A DNA stretch of 64,000 nucleotides from Gammaproteobacteria bacterium (GCA_965238225.1 OZ250183.1:1338264-1402263), one strand, 5' to 3'. Numbered from the stretch's first letter, positions 31,790 through 44,055 are shown. The notes: generated by a model not told the origin, from the letters alone. Made by a program: numbers and translations.

Positions 31790-32740
31790 GTCTCTGGAGA
31801 TCGAGACCTTCTATCTCTTCATCTTCACTCACGCGAAGTCCAATCATCGCATCATTAGAATATAAAAACGCCACAATATAATAGTGAGAGACAGCCACTG
31901 ATTAAAAATTTTGAACCAGGCTAAAAAACGCGCCAATAATACCACCAACGGAATGGATACCAAATACATCCGGTAACCCATCTTACGTTTAAGCGTGCTT
32001 GCAGCCTTGAAACAGCATCCCAGCAAGTGGGCCCGATCAGGCTGACTACAGTCACAACCCAGTGCACTGCTTTTGTCCATTAAAATCCATTAATTATTAA
32101 TTACAGCCATTGCCATACCACAATCAGCAGCCAAACTTAGGCAGGGTTAGTGGTAGATTATAATACTTGGGAAACTTAAATAGGCTAACCTTGCATTGAG
32201 AAACCGTAGCAAAATCAAGTATGTCGCCATGGTATAGGCTCGTCATTTCTTGTAGTCTGACGATCATAATTATTTCATTTCAGGAATTGCAATCAGCTGG
32301 CCATACCAAAACCGCCCCAGAAGCTAATCTGACTATATACATATAAAACCCAGTATTGTTACAAACTTCAAAAATTGCTGATAAAATTTGCGAACCAATA
32401 AAACCAAGCCCGGAATGGTCATAAATAATACTAAAGTGATTTTGTTCAGACAATAAAAGAGTCCTGTGATTCAGTAATGCGATCTAATCCCAAATTCTAG
32501 AACCAATAATGCGAGTTATTCTGTACGATTCATCAAAATGCTGGATTCATCACAAAAACAGTACTCTGAGAGCCATGAAATTGAAATTTGAAGAAATTGC
32601 GCGACAGGTTCTGGATAAACTTCCATCTGATCTTGGCAAAATACAGTCACAATTTGCTTGTCTAAAAATTATTATTAATATACATAACAATAACTTAGGC
32701 AAAAAGTGCGTCATTTATTTTTTTGATGCATTTTAATAAA
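31790..32740 (-). pseudogene. Second, heavily decayed glnK-amtB copy: fragments of glnK 3' half (~32500-32740), amtB N-terminal region (~32250-32440) and amtB C-terminal region (31790-31985) in different frames with internal deletions
   Basis: Minus-strand reads LVLFMTIPGLVLLVRKFYQQFLKFVTILGFICI*, then DGLPDVFGIHSVGGIIGAFF… and …HYYIVAFLYSNDAMIGLRVSEDEEIEGLDLQRH, matching the AmtB DVFGVHGVGGIVG and GLRVxEExExEGLD motifs. FLPK plus a shared 'tttttgcctaag' 12-mer and 'aactcgcat' match glnK. Track ORFs 31638..31898 and 31844..32080 are pieces of this. Confidence 0.45.
32406..32434. repeat. 29-bp direct repeat, copy 2 (aagcccGgaatggtcataaataatactaa)
   Basis: See copy 1. The two copies are 1,280 bp apart in the same orientation, flanking glnK. 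Confidence 0.8.
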
Positions 32741-33154
32741 ACCAATGATGCAAGTGATTTTGTTACAATAAGATCCTGAGAGAGCAATAAAATCTTAAAT
32801 CTGCGTTACAAGCTACTTTCTCTAGAATAGATCTCGTCTCACGAGAAGAATTTGATATCCAGACAGAATTACTCTCTCGCACACGTGCTTTGCTTGAAGA
32901 ATTAGAAAAAAAAACCAGTGTCTTGGAGAAAATTATCTTGGAGAAAACAAAAAAACCATGATCTGCGCAAAAATATCATGATGTTTAAGGTCAGATATTT
33001 AATGAATATTAATTGACATAGCGCCCCTTCATCATATGATGAATACTAAACTATTGGTATTTTTTAAGTAGTATCCTTGGGGATAACTATCTAGAAAAAC
33101 TATAAAAGAGAGGGCTTTTGAGTCTGCAAATCAGCAGATTATCGACGTCAATGG

Positions 33155-34672
33155 ATGATGAGTATCGCAATCACCTACAGCCGCGCACAAGTTGGCATTC
33201 AGGCACCACTGGTCACCATAGAAATTCATATCACACGGGGACTCCCCAGTCTTTCCATTGTTGGATTACCTGAAACGACGGTTAAAGAGAGTAAAGATAG
33301 AGTCCGTAGTGCTCTATTAAATAATCATTTTGAATTTCCCTTGGGTCGTATCACTATTAACCTTGCGCCTGCCGATTTACCTAAAGATGGGGCGCGTTTT
33401 GATTTGGCTATTGCCATGGGTGTCCTTGCAGCATCAGGACAAATACCCAAAGATTCACTGAATCAATATGAATTTGCTGGTGAACTGGCCTTGACTGGGG
33501 AACTTCGTTCCGTAAAAGGCATGCTGCCTTTTACTCATGCCTGTTCACAACAAAACCACAAACTAATATTGCCCAGCTTAAATGCAAATGAAGCAGCACT
33601 TGTCTCTAATACAAAAATCTATCCAGCTGTGCATTTGATGGAAGTTTGCTCACATATACACGGTGATGATCAGATTCCCTTATACACAGACAAACCTGAG
33701 ATTGAAGATATTCATAGTCACTATGATTTCTCAGATGTGTGTGCTCAAAATCATGCCAAACGTGCCTTAGAAATCGCGGCAGCGGGTGGTCATAACCTAA
33801 TCATGATTGGTCCGCCTGGTACAGGTAAAACTATGTTGGCAGAACGATTGCCCGGTATCTTACCGCCAATGACAGAACTGCAGGCATTGGAATCAGCAGC
33901 GGTCACCTCGGTGAGCAATCAAGGGTTCGATCCAAAAACATGGAGACGACGCCCAATACGACATCCACATCACACGGCATCCGGCGTTGCTTTGGTCGGC
34001 GGCGGCAGTAATCCGCGCCCTGGTGAAATATCACTGGCACATCACGGCATCTTGTTTCTTGATGAATTGCCAGAATTTGATCGTCGTGTATTGGAAGTAT
34101 TAAGAGAGCCTTTAGAGTCTGGGCGTATTGTGATTTCACGTGCTGCAAACCAGGCTGAATTTCCCGCCGAATTCCAACTCATTGCCGCGATGAACCCCTG
34201 TCCCTGTGGCTACCTAGGTGATGCAAGCGGTCGTTGTAACTGTACAGAAGATCAAATCCGTCGTTACCGGCAAAAAATATCAGGGCCACTGCTTGATAGA
34301 ATTGATATCCACATTGAAGTAGCAAAGGTAGCAAAAGAAGTCTTCCGGCAAAGTCAAAGCGCAAACACAGAAGACAGTCAAACCATACAAAAGCGTGTTG
34401 CCAAAGCTTACCAATTACAATTAAACCGATCAGGCAAAGCTAACCACAAACTTACAAACAAGGAGGTGAATCAATATTGCAAGATCAATGATACTGGGTC
34501 ACAACTACTTAACACTGCAATAGATCGTTTAGGTTTATCTGCCCGCGCTATCCATCGCATCCTGAAGGTTGCCAGAACCATTGCTGATTTATCAGCTACA
34601 ATATCAATAGACTCAGCGCATTTAAGTGAAGCCATCAGTTACAGACGTTTAGATAGAAAAAATCTTGTGTAA
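33155..34672 (+). CDS. YifB/ComM-family Mg-chelatase-like AAA+ ATPase
   Basis: 505 aa. N-terminal Lon-like domain (SRAQVGIQAPLVTIEIHITRGLP), Walker A GPPGTGKT, C-terminal ChlI domain. Confidence 0.85.
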   Translation: MMSIAITYSRAQVGIQAPLVTIEIHITRGLPSLSIVGLPETTVKESKDRVRSALLNNHFEFPLGRITINLAPADLPKDGARFDLAIAMGVLAASGQIPKDSLNQYEFAGELALTGELRSVKGMLPFTHACSQQNHKLILPSLNANEAALVSNTKIYPAVHLMEVCSHIHGDDQIPLYTDKPEIEDIHSHYDFSDVCAQNHAKRALEIAAAGGHNLIMIGPPGTGKTMLAERLPGILPPMTELQALESAAVTSVSNQGFDPKTWRRRPIRHPHHTASGVALVGGGSNPRPGEISLAHHGILFLDELPEFDRRVLEVLREPLESGRIVISRAANQAEFPAEFQLIAAMNPCPCGYLGDASGRCNCTEDQIRRYRQKISGPLLDRIDIHIEVAKVAKEVFRQSQSANTEDSQTIQKRVAKAYQLQLNRSGKANHKLTNKEVNQYCKINDTGSQLLNTAIDRLGLSARAIHRILKVARTIADLSATISIDSAHLSEAISYRRLDRKNLV

Positions 34673-34742
34673 AAAATGAAATTCTATAAAAAATAAATTT
34701 ATAAGCTTGCGCGTATAGATTAATTGAGGTCAAATTGAAATC

Positions 34743-35120
34743 ATGCAAACTGAACATGATATAGATATCGTTGTAGAAACAGATTACCTTCAGAATCAAT
34801 CCGATCCGGATAATAAGCGATATGTATTTTCCTATACCATCACCATCAAAAATAATGGATCAGTTGCCGCTCAATTGCTCAGACGTCGCTGGTTAATAAC
34901 AGATGCCAATGACAAAACTCAAGAAGTCCGTGGAAATGGTGTCATTGGTAAACAGCCATATCTACAAACAGGAGAAAAATTTACCTACACGAGTGCTACA
35001 ATAATAGAAACACCCTTTGGCTATATGCGGGGAGGTTATTATTTGATTGCTGATGATGGAATAGAATTTTATACAGCAATTCCTGCTTTCGGACTTTCCG
35101 CTCCGCATAGCTTGCATTAA
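34743..35120 (+). CDS. apaG: ApaG (DUF525) protein
   Basis: 125 aa. Immediately upstream of apaH; typical ApaG length and sequence. Confidence 0.85.
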   Translation: MQTEHDIDIVVETDYLQNQSDPDNKRYVFSYTITIKNNGSVAAQLLRRRWLITDANDKTQEVRGNGVIGKQPYLQTGEKFTYTSATIIETPFGYMRGGYYLIADDGIEFYTAIPAFGLSAPHSLH

Positions 35121-35134
35121 GCCCCTCAAATAAC

Positions 35135-35950
35135 ATGTCGACTTATGCAATTGGCGATATCCAAGGTTGTTTCAAAGAACTGCTTCAATTACTAGACGAA
35201 ATTAATTTTGACGAAACAAATGATCGGCTATGGTTTACGGGAGATCTCGTTAACCGAGGGCCAGCTTCACTTGAGGTATTAAATTTTGTTATGAAACTAG
35301 GTGGGTCAGCCATCACCGTCCTTGGTAATCACGACCTTCATCTTGTCGCCATTTTTGCAGGATTGACCAAACAAAAAGAGGCAGATACATTAACTCCTGT
35401 TCTTGTCTCGCCAGACAAAAATAAATTGATTACATGGATACGAAAGCAATCATTAATGCATCATGATAAAGAATTAAACTTTTCTATAATCCATGCAGGT
35501 CTTCCTCCGCAGTGGGAAATTGACCAAGCATTGCAATTATCTTCTGAAGTTACTCAGGCATTAAATGGTAAAAATTATCTTTCATTTCTTGCTGCTATGT
35601 ATGGCAATAAGCCTAATATCTGGGATGAAAATTTAACGGGCAATGATCGCCTGAGATTTATTGTAAATTGTTTTACGCGCATGCGTTATCTTGACAATAA
35701 ACATGAATTAGACTTCTCTGAAAAAGGCGCGTGTGGTTCGCAAGGCAAACACTTAACACCATGGTTCATGATCAATGACAGAAAGACCAAGCATGACAAA
35801 ATCATTTTTGGTCATTGGTCAACAGTACGTTTAGGAACCATTCGAGACTTTACACCTTATAATGTTTACCCTGTAGATACAGGCTGTCTCTGGGGTGGAA
35901 AATTAACAGCGATGCGCCTAGAAGATGAGAAGCAGTTCAGTATACCGTAA
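35135..35950 (+). CDS. apaH: Bis(5'-nucleosyl)-tetraphosphatase (symmetrical)
   Basis: 271 aa: MSTYAIGDIQGC…GDLVNRGP…GNHD, a calcineurin-like phosphoesterase. Confidence 0.9.
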   Translation: MSTYAIGDIQGCFKELLQLLDEINFDETNDRLWFTGDLVNRGPASLEVLNFVMKLGGSAITVLGNHDLHLVAIFAGLTKQKEADTLTPVLVSPDKNKLITWIRKQSLMHHDKELNFSIIHAGLPPQWEIDQALQLSSEVTQALNGKNYLSFLAAMYGNKPNIWDENLTGNDRLRFIVNCFTRMRYLDNKHELDFSEKGACGSQGKHLTPWFMINDRKTKHDKIIFGHWSTVRLGTIRDFTPYNVYPVDTGCLWGGKLTAMRLEDEKQFSIP

Positions 35951-35958
35951 CAACAAAA

Positions 35959-36447
35959 TCAAGCAACTCGCTCCAGCACCACAAAACTATAATCAAAATC
36001 ATTCTGCTCATCCGTTAAGTGCGCTTCTCTTTCTACTTCAATCCATTCGCCCTTATCAAACTCAGGAAAATAAACATCGCCTTTTACATCTGCATGCACT
36101 TCTGTTAAATAAAGCCTGTGGGCGCTTGCCAATGATTTATTATAAACACCTGAACCGCCCATTATCATAACTTCTTCAACATCTCCTGCAACTTGAAATG
36201 CATCATCCAATAAATGAACCACCACACAACCTTCAGCTTTAAATTCTTTCGAACGACTTAGAATAATATTCTTCCTGCCCGGCAAGGGTCGGCCTACGGA
36301 TTCATGAGTTTTACGTCCCATAATTAAAGGCTTGCCCATGGTGACTTTTTTAAAATGTTTCAGATCTGCCGACAAGCGCCAAGGCAAACTACCCTCTAAA
36401 CCAATCACACCCTTTTTATCCATGGCAACAATGATTGAAATAATCAT
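35959..36447 (-). CDS. folA: Dihydrofolate reductase (start placed at MIISIIVAMDKK rather than the longer track ORF that overlaps thyA)
   Basis: …AMDKKGVIGLEGSLPWRL…DLKHFKKVTMGKPLIMGRKT… is canonical DHFR. A 162-aa product is the typical size. Confidence 0.85.
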   Translation of the reverse strand: MIISIIVAMDKKGVIGLEGSLPWRLSADLKHFKKVTMGKPLIMGRKTHESVGRPLPGRKNIILSRSKEFKAEGCVVVHLLDDAFQVAGDVEEVMIMGGSGVYNKSLASAHRLYLTEVHADVKGDVYFPEFDKGEWIEVEREAHLTDEQNDFDYSFVVLERVA

Positions 36448-36454
36448 AACAAAT

Positions 36455-37249
36455 TTAAACTGCAATATCCGCTTTGATAGCAGGATGGCATTTATATTCC
36501 TGTAAATCAAAGTCTTCATATTTAAAATCAAATATCGAGTCTACCGTTGGGTTAAGTTTCATTTTTGGCAACGCAAAAGCCTTACGAGTTAGCTGTTTGC
36601 TAGCTTGCTCTCGATGGTTAAGGTAAAGATGTGCATCGCCTAAAGTAATTATAAATTCTCCTAACTTCAATCCGCAAATCTGCGCTATCATCATGGTTAA
36701 TAAAGCATAGGAGGCAATATTAAAAGGCAGTCCGAGGAAAATATCCGCACTGCGTTGGTATAATTGACAGGATAATTTCCCATTGGCGACATAAAATTGA
36801 AAAAATGCGTGACAAGGTGGCAATGCCATTTTGTCCAATTCGCCTACATTCCAAGCACTGACAATCAAGCGGCGTGAATCTGGGTTATTTTTTATCTGTT
36901 TAATGACATCTGTTATTTGGTCTAAGGTTCTGCCGTCTGCTGTTTTCCATGTTCGCCATTGTGCGCCATAAATTCGACCTAGATTACCCTGCTCATCTGC
37001 CCATTTATTCCAAATAGTCACGCCATTGTCTGTTAGATATTTAGTGTTAGTATCGCCTTTTAAAAACCATAACAATTCATAGATAATCGATTTTATATGC
37101 AGCTTCTTAGTGGTTATAGCAGGGAATCCGTCTTGCAAATCAAAACGCATTTGATAACCAAACGTGCTAATAGTACCAGTGTCGGTTCGGTCTTCTTTTT
37201 TGACACCATGCTCTTTAACGTATTTTATTAAATCTAGGTATTGTTTCAT
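36455..37249 (-). CDS. thyA: Thymidylate synthase
   Basis: 264 aa: [11 protein letters not shown]…, with the conserved active-site Cys (LPPCH) and C-terminal …ADIAV. Confidence 0.95.
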   Translation of the reverse strand: MKQYLDLIKYVKEHGVKKEDRTDTGTISTFGYQMRFDLQDGFPAITTKKLHIKSIIYELLWFLKGDTNTKYLTDNGVTIWNKWADEQGNLGRIYGAQWRTWKTADGRTLDQITDVIKQIKNNPDSRRLIVSAWNVGELDKMALPPCHAFFQFYVANGKLSCQLYQRSADIFLGLPFNIASYALLTMMIAQICGLKLGEFIITLGDAHLYLNHREQASKQLTRKAFALPKMKLNPTVDSIFDFKYEDFDLQEYKCHPAIKADIAV

Positions 37250-37369
37250 TATGTTTTACTTACATTACGTTTAGTGTTTTCCCGTCATGCATGGTTCATT
37301 ATCTAAAAATACACAACTATATGGATACAAAAATTAAAACAAAGCACAAAACAAAGCCAAAAAATAATC

Positions 37370-38170
37370 TTAAGCGCGCTGTTGCAAATCCCTACAGGAC
37401 AAAACCAGTAAAATTATACCGAGTAATATCATGGGCAAGGATAATGCCTGCCCCATTGTCACCCAACCAAATGCCAAATAACCTAGCTGCGCATCAGGTT
37501 CTCGTATCAATTCAATACTACTGCGAAATACTCCGTAGCCTAGTAAAAATAAACCAGATACTGCCATCTTTGGACGAGGTCTAGCAGAGTAAATCCACAG
37601 AATAATAAATAACACCAATCCTTCCAATAAGGCTTCATATAATTGCGATGGATGTCTGGGTACGCTGCCCGCGTAAGGGTTAGGAAAAACCATTGCCCAA
37701 GGAAGCTCTGAAGGCATACCCCAGAGTTCACCATTAATAAAATTACCAATCCGACCACAACCCAATCCTACAGGAACAGCAGGTATGATAAAATCTGTCA
37801 CATTGAAAATATTGGTGTTTGTTTTTCGAGCAAACCAAGCCATTGCTAGAAAAACACCAATAAGCCCTCCATGAAAAGACATCCCCCCTTGATTGATTTT
37901 GAATATATCAATTGGATGATCGAGATAATAAGGCAGATTGTAAAACAACACCGAACCCAAACGTCCGCCAATAATAATACCCAACATAGCATAAAAAACC
38001 ATGTCATCAACATGCTTCTGTTTCCATCCTGATAAAGGATTTTTTCTCGCGCGCCAGCGTAATAAGAGCCATGCAGTGACGATGCCAATAACATAAGTAA
38101 CGCCATACCAATGGATCTTTATTGAACTTAAGGTAAATGCTACGGGATCAATATCTGGATAATTCAACAT
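37370..38170 (-). CDS. lgt: Prolipoprotein diacylglyceryl transferase
   Basis: 266 aa with the Lgt signature (…HGGLIG…GRIGNFINGEL…) and the classic lgt-thyA linkage. Confidence 0.9.
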   Translation of the reverse strand: MLNYPDIDPVAFTLSSIKIHWYGVTYVIGIVTAWLLLRWRARKNPLSGWKQKHVDDMVFYAMLGIIIGGRLGSVLFYNLPYYLDHPIDIFKINQGGMSFHGGLIGVFLAMAWFARKTNTNIFNVTDFIIPAVPVGLGCGRIGNFINGELWGMPSELPWAMVFPNPYAGSVPRHPSQLYEALLEGLVLFIILWIYSARPRPKMAVSGLFLLGYGVFRSSIELIREPDAQLGYLAFGWVTMGQALSLPMILLGIILLVLSCRDLQQRA

Positions 38171-38259
38171 AGGATTTGGAGTTTATCCATTATACCTGAA
38201 CTGGATAATTTAGACTGAAAAAATATTGTTTATATAAGGCAGCTGTTATCATCCTTAGC

Positions 38260-40308
38260 ATGCCCAAGCAAACTAAGAACAATCTAGCTCACGAGACCAG
38301 TCCTTATTTATTGCAACATGCAAATAATCCGGTGAATTGGTATGCGTGGAATAAAGTTGCCTTAAATAAGGCTAGCAAAGAGGATAAGCCTATCCTCCTG
38401 TCAATCGGATATTCTGCCTGCCACTGGTGTCATGTGATGGCGCATGAATCATTTGAAGACGAAAAAACTGCTCAGATAATGAATACTCATTTCATTAATA
38501 TTAAAGTCGATAGAGAAGAAAGACCGGATATCGATAAAATATATCAGACGGCACAACAAATCTTGACAGGAAAACCCGGCGGCTGGCCTTTAACGATGTT
38601 TCTTACGCCAAAAGGCCATATCCCTTTTTTTGGCGGCACCTATTTCCCCGTGGAATCAAGATATGGGTTGCCGGGCTTTGCTGGGCTCTTAACAAGAATT
38701 TCAGAGTTTTATAAACAAAAAAAAGATTCTATTGCAAAACAAAATGATTCTTTTTTAACAAGCCTGCACAATGTAAATCAGCAATTAGCGCCAGATAAAA
38801 CAGCAAAATTAAACCCCGAACCTCTACAGATAGCGACACAACAACTACAGCAAAATTTTGACCTGCAACATGGCGGGTTTGGTGATGCACCCAAATTTCC
38901 CCATTCTTCCAATCTTGAGCATTTACTTCGGCAACACCTGAAAACAAATTATTTACAGAGTCAGGCTATCAATATGGCGGAACTCACGCTACGCAAAATG
39001 GCGCTTGGCGGTCTGTACGATCAGCTTGGCGGTGGCTTCTATCGCTATAGTGTTGACAAAGAATGGATGATTCCGCATTTTGAAAAGATGCTTTATGACA
39101 ATGGTCTGTTGCTCACGCTTTATAGTCAGGCCTGGCAAGTTACAAAAACACCGCTGTTTAAACATATAGCTATTGGCACTGCCGATTGGATTATCAAGGA
39201 AATGCAAAGTCCTGAAGGAGGCTATTACTCCAGCCTAGATGCCGACTCTGAAGGAGTGGAAGGAAAATTTTATATTTGGGAAAAAGAAGAAGTCAGATCC
39301 CTGTTAAATACAGAAGAGTTTGAAGCCTTTGCAAAATATTTTGGCTTGGATCAAGTATCTAACTTTGAAGGTAAATGGCACCTTCGCCTCATGCAGGAAA
39401 CTACTGATACAGGAGTATTAGAACTACTTGAGCAAGCCAAAGCAAAATTATTATTACAACGGGAAGCACGTGTCCGACCTAGCTGCGATAACAAGATACT
39501 GACTTCATGGAATGCGCTCGTGGTAAAAGGCATGGCAACCGCAGCCTTTACCTTTAATGATGATAGATATCTCGCATCAACAGAAAATGCTCTGGAATTT
39601 ATTTATCAAAACCTGTACACGGACGGGAAATTACTTGCCACATATAGAGAAGGTAAGGCGCATTTAAATGCCTATCTTGATGACTATGCCTTTCTCATTG
39701 ATGCCATTTTAGCTTATTTACAATGTCGCTGGGATAAAAAATGGTTGAACATAGCAATTCGTCTGGCAGATGAACTGCTATGTTCATTTGAAGACAAAGA
39801 ACATGGCGGCTTCTTTTTCACTGCCCATGATCATGAAAAACTAATCCAAAGAAGCAAGTCTTTTATGGATGATTCACTTCCATCTGGCAATGGGGTAGCA
39901 GCCTTGGCCTTTGAAAATTTAGGTCATCTATTAGGTAACGCCCGCTATCTACAAGCATCAGAGTCGGCGCTTCGAGCCGCCTGGTTCTCAATTGAGAGAT
40001 ACCCATCCACTCATAATGCCCTCCTGCATGCGTTGGAAGAAAATATTTCCCCTGCAACAAGAATCGTCATTTTAGGAGAAGAAAATGAAAATACTCAATG
40101 GTTAGAGAAATACAGAACATTTCATAACCCATTTAACAAGCTCATGTTTCTTCCTAAGAATGTTTCCGAACTTCCTGGAATCCTTAGTAAATACAGAACT
40201 GATAAATTGCCTGTTGCCTACATCTGTGCAGGGCATGCCTGCGCAGAACCTATATTTGATCTTGATTTCATTGGCAAAAGCCTGAACAATCCCCGCACGA
40301 TAATATAA
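38260..40308 (+). CDS. Thioredoxin-domain (DUF255) / N-acylglucosamine-2-epimerase-like protein (YyaL family)
   Basis: 682 aa. N-terminal thioredoxin-like region with CHWCH, then a six-hairpin glycosidase-like domain. Confidence 0.8.
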   Translation: MPKQTKNNLAHETSPYLLQHANNPVNWYAWNKVALNKASKEDKPILLSIGYSACHWCHVMAHESFEDEKTAQIMNTHFINIKVDREERPDIDKIYQTAQQILTGKPGGWPLTMFLTPKGHIPFFGGTYFPVESRYGLPGFAGLLTRISEFYKQKKDSIAKQNDSFLTSLHNVNQQLAPDKTAKLNPEPLQIATQQLQQNFDLQHGGFGDAPKFPHSSNLEHLLRQHLKTNYLQSQAINMAELTLRKMALGGLYDQLGGGFYRYSVDKEWMIPHFEKMLYDNGLLLTLYSQAWQVTKTPLFKHIAIGTADWIIKEMQSPEGGYYSSLDADSEGVEGKFYIWEKEEVRSLLNTEEFEAFAKYFGLDQVSNFEGKWHLRLMQETTDTGVLELLEQAKAKLLLQREARVRPSCDNKILTSWNALVVKGMATAAFTFNDDRYLASTENALEFIYQNLYTDGKLLATYREGKAHLNAYLDDYAFLIDAILAYLQCRWDKKWLNIAIRLADELLCSFEDKEHGGFFFTAHDHEKLIQRSKSFMDDSLPSGNGVAALAFENLGHLLGNARYLQASESALRAAWFSIERYPSTHNALLHALEENISPATRIVILGEENENTQWLEKYRTFHNPFNKLMFLPKNVSELPGILSKYRTDKLPVAYICAGHACAEPIFDLDFIGKSLNNPRTII

Positions 40309-40593
40309 TGTTTTACGGGTAATATGTGTTTTGTTGGTTGAGACCGTGGCAAAACGTGGTGTTTGGACTGTGGAAAAGCGCCCAGATGTGGCAGCTTGAC
40401 ACAGAAGAGTAATAAAAGTTTCTTCGCAAGCGACATGTTTGGACTGACTTTGAAATAATCGGCATCTGAAACAGGCCTGACTTAAAGAAAACAATAAATT
40501 TTTAACCCGATAATTTGCCATCAAAAACAAATCTTTACCATTTTAAATGATTGTTGTTTAATAAATTAAAGTGTATCTGAGAGGTTTTAATTT

Positions 40594-42405
40594 ATGAGTT
40601 CTAATTCTAACAATAAAAGGTTACTGACTTGGGTTGACGAAATGGCTACCCTCTGTCAACCAGACAATATCGTGTGGTGCGATGGCTCAGACGCAGAGTG
40701 GGATGCCATGTGGGACATTCTGGTCAAAAGCAAAACTGCTAGAAAAATAAATGAAGACAAACGTCCCAATAGCTACCACGTTAATTCGATCCCTGCTGAT
40801 GTAGCACGTGTTGAAGACCGCACATACATCTGTTCTCTAAAGGAAGAAGATGCTGGACCTACCAATAACTGGTTTGATCCATCTATGATGCGTGAAAAAA
40901 TGAACAGTATGTTTGCCCAGTGTATGAAAGGTCGCACCATGTATGTCGTTCCTTTCAGTATGGGTCCTGTCGGATCAGACATTGCTCAAATTGGCGTTGA
41001 ATTATCTGACTCTCCTTATGTTGTCACAAACATGCACATCATGGCTCGCGTAGGTCAGGATGTGCTTGATGTGCTTGGTGAAGATGGTGAATTCGTTCCT
41101 TGTATGCATTCTGTTGGTGTGCCTCTGGCTGAAGGTGAGAAAGATATGCCCTGGCCTTGTAACCCTGACAATCGTTATATCGTTCATTACCCGGAAACCC
41201 GCGAGATATGGTCTTTTGGTTCTGGTTATGGGGGTAATGCGCTTTTAGGTAAAAAATGTTTTGCGTTGAGGATTGCGTCTACCATGGCGCGTGATGCAGG
41301 CTGGATGGCTGAGCACATGCTTATTCTCAAGCTGACAAGCCCTGAAGGCGTGGTTAAATTCATTGCTGGCGCTTTTCCAAGTGCCTGCGGCAAGACCAAC
41401 CTAGCCATGCTGACACCGACTATACCAGGATGGAAAGTGGAAACCATTGGTGATGACATCTGCTGGATGAAGTTTGGTGAAGATGGTCAGCTTTATGCGA
41501 TCAATCCTGAAGCAGGCTTCTTTGGTGTTGCTCCTGGTACAAGCATGCATTCAAATGCCAATGCTATGCTGTCTATGGAATCCAATGCCATTTTCACCAA
41601 CGTCGCCAAAACCGATGATGGTGATGTCTGGTGGGAAGGAATGACCAAAGAGTTGCCTGCGCACCTCGTTGACTGGAAAGGTAATGACTGGACGCCGGAT
41701 TCAGACGAACCTTCTTCGCACCCAAATGCTCGCTTCACAGCACGCGCAGGTCAATGCCCTGTCATCGCTGATGAATGGGAAGACCCTAAAGGTGTCCCTA
41801 TAAGTGCAATCTTATTTGGCGGGCGTCGTGCCTCTGTTGTGCCTTTGGTTGCAGAGGCTCTGGACTGGAATCACGGTACCTTTCTGGGCACCATTATCGC
41901 TTCTGAAATGACAGCGGCAGCTTTTGGTGCCATCGGCAAGTTACGTCGTGACCCTATGGCTATGCTGCCATTTTGTGGCTATAACATGGCTGATTACTGG
42001 AATCATTGGCTCGATATGGGTAAGAGAGAAGGCGCCAAAATGCCGAAGATATACTACGTCAACTGGTTCCGTAAAAATGATGCTGGTAAATTCATGTGGC
42101 CTGGTTTCGGCGAAAATAGCCGCGTACTAAAATGGGTATTTGAACGTTGTACTGGCACTGCCGATGCTGTTAAAACAGCAATTGGTTACATGCCTACACT
42201 GAATAGCATCGATTTTGATGGCTTAGATATGACTAAAGAAGATATTGCCAATCTGATGCGGGTTGATACTGATGGTTGGTTGTCTGAACTCGCAGGTATA
42301 GAAGAATACTATGCAACATTCGGCAATCACCTGCCTACAGAACTAAATAGTCAAGTGAAAGCTCTGCGTAAGCGTTTAGAAGATTCGAAACAGGCTGTTG
42401 CTTAA
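40594..42405 (+). CDS. pckG: Phosphoenolpyruvate carboxykinase (GTP)
   Basis: 603 aa: …[15 protein letters not shown]…, GTP-type PEPCK. Confidence 0.9.
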   Translation: MSSNSNNKRLLTWVDEMATLCQPDNIVWCDGSDAEWDAMWDILVKSKTARKINEDKRPNSYHVNSIPADVARVEDRTYICSLKEEDAGPTNNWFDPSMMREKMNSMFAQCMKGRTMYVVPFSMGPVGSDIAQIGVELSDSPYVVTNMHIMARVGQDVLDVLGEDGEFVPCMHSVGVPLAEGEKDMPWPCNPDNRYIVHYPETREIWSFGSGYGGNALLGKKCFALRIASTMARDAGWMAEHMLILKLTSPEGVVKFIAGAFPSACGKTNLAMLTPTIPGWKVETIGDDICWMKFGEDGQLYAINPEAGFFGVAPGTSMHSNANAMLSMESNAIFTNVAKTDDGDVWWEGMTKELPAHLVDWKGNDWTPDSDEPSSHPNARFTARAGQCPVIADEWEDPKGVPISAILFGGRRASVVPLVAEALDWNHGTFLGTIIASEMTAAAFGAIGKLRRDPMAMLPFCGYNMADYWNHWLDMGKREGAKMPKIYYVNWFRKNDAGKFMWPGFGENSRVLKWVFERCTGTADAVKTAIGYMPTLNSIDFDGLDMTKEDIANLMRVDTDGWLSELAGIEEYYATFGNHLPTELNSQVKALRKRLEDSKQAVA

Positions 42406-42484
42406 TCGTTTCTCGTAAGGCACAGATTAAAATCTGAAAAACCCGCTAGTGGTGAATAGATGATAAGCAGGCCACTTAACTGTG

Positions 42485-43417
42485 TTATATGTCTCGTGCA
42501 AACGCTTCCTTGAATCTGACTTTGAATTCTTCTGTAGTGAAAAAATGATTCTGTGTACCATGGTTTTCAATTTTTATTGCCCCCATCAGTGAGGCAATTC
42601 GTCCTGTGGTTTCCCAATCCATATCATTCATCAGACCATATAACAAGCCGGCACGATAAGCATCTCCACAGCCTGTGGGATCTTCAAGTTTTGATGGTGT
42701 TGCGACAGGTATTTCATAACATTTTTCCTTTGTATAAATTAATGATCCTTCGCCTCCTTTGGTAACGATTAATGCATTTACCGATTCTAAAACATCACGA
42801 AGAATTATATCAGTACGATCCTGCATCATCTGCCACTCATAATCATTGACAGTCACCCACGTTGCCTGATTAAGAAAAGTTTTTAAATCTTCAGATTCAA
42901 ACATTGCTAGACCTTGGCCTGGATCAAATATAAAAGGAATATCTGCTTCAGCAAACTGACTAGCATGTTGAATCATGCCATCGCGACCATCAGGAGAGAT
43001 AATTCCGATATCTATTTCTTTAGTATAAGACACCTTATTTTGATGGGAAAAATACATAGCTCCCGGATGAAATGCGGTAATCTGATTATCATCTATATCC
43101 GTGATGATAAACGCCTGAGCAGTAAATGATTCCTCTATAATTTTTAAATACGTCTGATCAATATTATTTTTCTGCATCCAGTAACGGTACGGATCAAAAT
43201 CCTTACCTACCGTACCCATAGGCACGGCATTGCCTTCCAATAGCTTCAGATTAAAAGCAATATTGCCTGCGCAGCCACCAAATTCTCGCCTTATATCTGG
43301 CACCATAAAACAAACATTCAGCATATGTACCTTGTCCGGCAATATATGGCTCTTGAACTTATCAGGAAAGATCATGATATTATCATAGGCAAATGAGCCA
43401 CAGATAAGCGCTAACAT
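42485..43417 (-). CDS. PfkB-family carbohydrate/nucleoside kinase
   Basis: 310 aa: GGCAGNIAF… and C-terminal GCGDAYRAG motif. Confidence 0.7.
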   Translation of the reverse strand: MLALICGSFAYDNIMIFPDKFKSHILPDKVHMLNVCFMVPDIRREFGGCAGNIAFNLKLLEGNAVPMGTVGKDFDPYRYWMQKNNIDQTYLKIIEESFTAQAFIITDIDDNQITAFHPGAMYFSHQNKVSYTKEIDIGIISPDGRDGMIQHASQFAEADIPFIFDPGQGLAMFESEDLKTFLNQATWVTVNDYEWQMMQDRTDIILRDVLESVNALIVTKGGEGSLIYTKEKCYEIPVATPSKLEDPTGCGDAYRAGLLYGLMNDMDWETTGRIASLMGAIKIENHGTQNHFFTTEEFKVRFKEAFARDI

Positions 43418-43447
43418 TAAATATTATTTCTTTAAATTATTATTTTT

Positions 43448-44038
43448 TTAGAAAAATACTGCGCGTCCAAACAGAAATTTGTGCGACCATAGGAGCAATA
43501 TAAAACCGAACATGGCTATACCGATGACAATTGCGTCTTTATTTGCTGGCATCTTTTCCTGAACATCTTGATCAGTGCTTTCATCATACGTACGTCTATT
43601 TGCTAATATGATGGCTGTAACTGAATAAACTACAAAGCTACCAAACAAAATGAGCGAGACAATATCGCCATTGGTTATCATGTGCATCACACCCCAGATA
43701 ATAATACCAGTTAACATAGGGTGTGGGACATAATGCTTAATATTATTCGGCATATAAGCAGAAACCATTAAGACAAACGACACAAAAATTAAAATAACAG
43801 AGATATATCGAGAAATTCCTGAAGTCTCCCAAAGACCAATAAATTCTGTCGAACCTTTACCAACACCAATAAAGATTAATCCAATCAGTGCAACAACGCT
43901 GAAAATAATTTTATACATATCTTCAGAATCAATTGTCTCATTATCTATTTTCTCTATCAGCTGTTTTCTATATTCAGGATAGAAGGGCAGCATGTGTACA
44001 CCGAAAAATAGCACCAAACCTAATATAAAAAATAACAT
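43448..44038 (-). CDS. Polytopic membrane protein, NnrU-like (hypothetical)
   Basis: 196 aa with 5-6 TM segments and histidine/proline motifs. Family assignment is tentative. Confidence 0.4.
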   Translation of the reverse strand: MLFFILGLVLFFGVHMLPFYPEYRKQLIEKIDNETIDSEDMYKIIFSVVALIGLIFIGVGKGSTEFIGLWETSGISRYISVILIFVSFVLMVSAYMPNNIKHYVPHPMLTGIIIWGVMHMITNGDIVSLILFGSFVVYSVTAIILANRRTYDESTDQDVQEKMPANKDAIVIGIAMFGFILLLWSHKFLFGRAVFF

Positions 44039-44055
44039 TTCAACTCTCCTTTTAT

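Noticed and set aside
32509-32736. 75-aa plus-strand ORF (MRVILYDSSKCW…)
   Set aside because: It lies on the antisense strand of the glnK relic described above. Its 'start' is the reverse complement of the conserved glnK 3' end, so it is an artefact of the pseudogene region.
40102-40530. 142-aa minus-strand ORF overlapping the end of the YyaL-like gene
   Set aside because: It overlaps a confident CDS in antisense, and the remainder is the GC-rich intergenic region. There is no RBS or homology.
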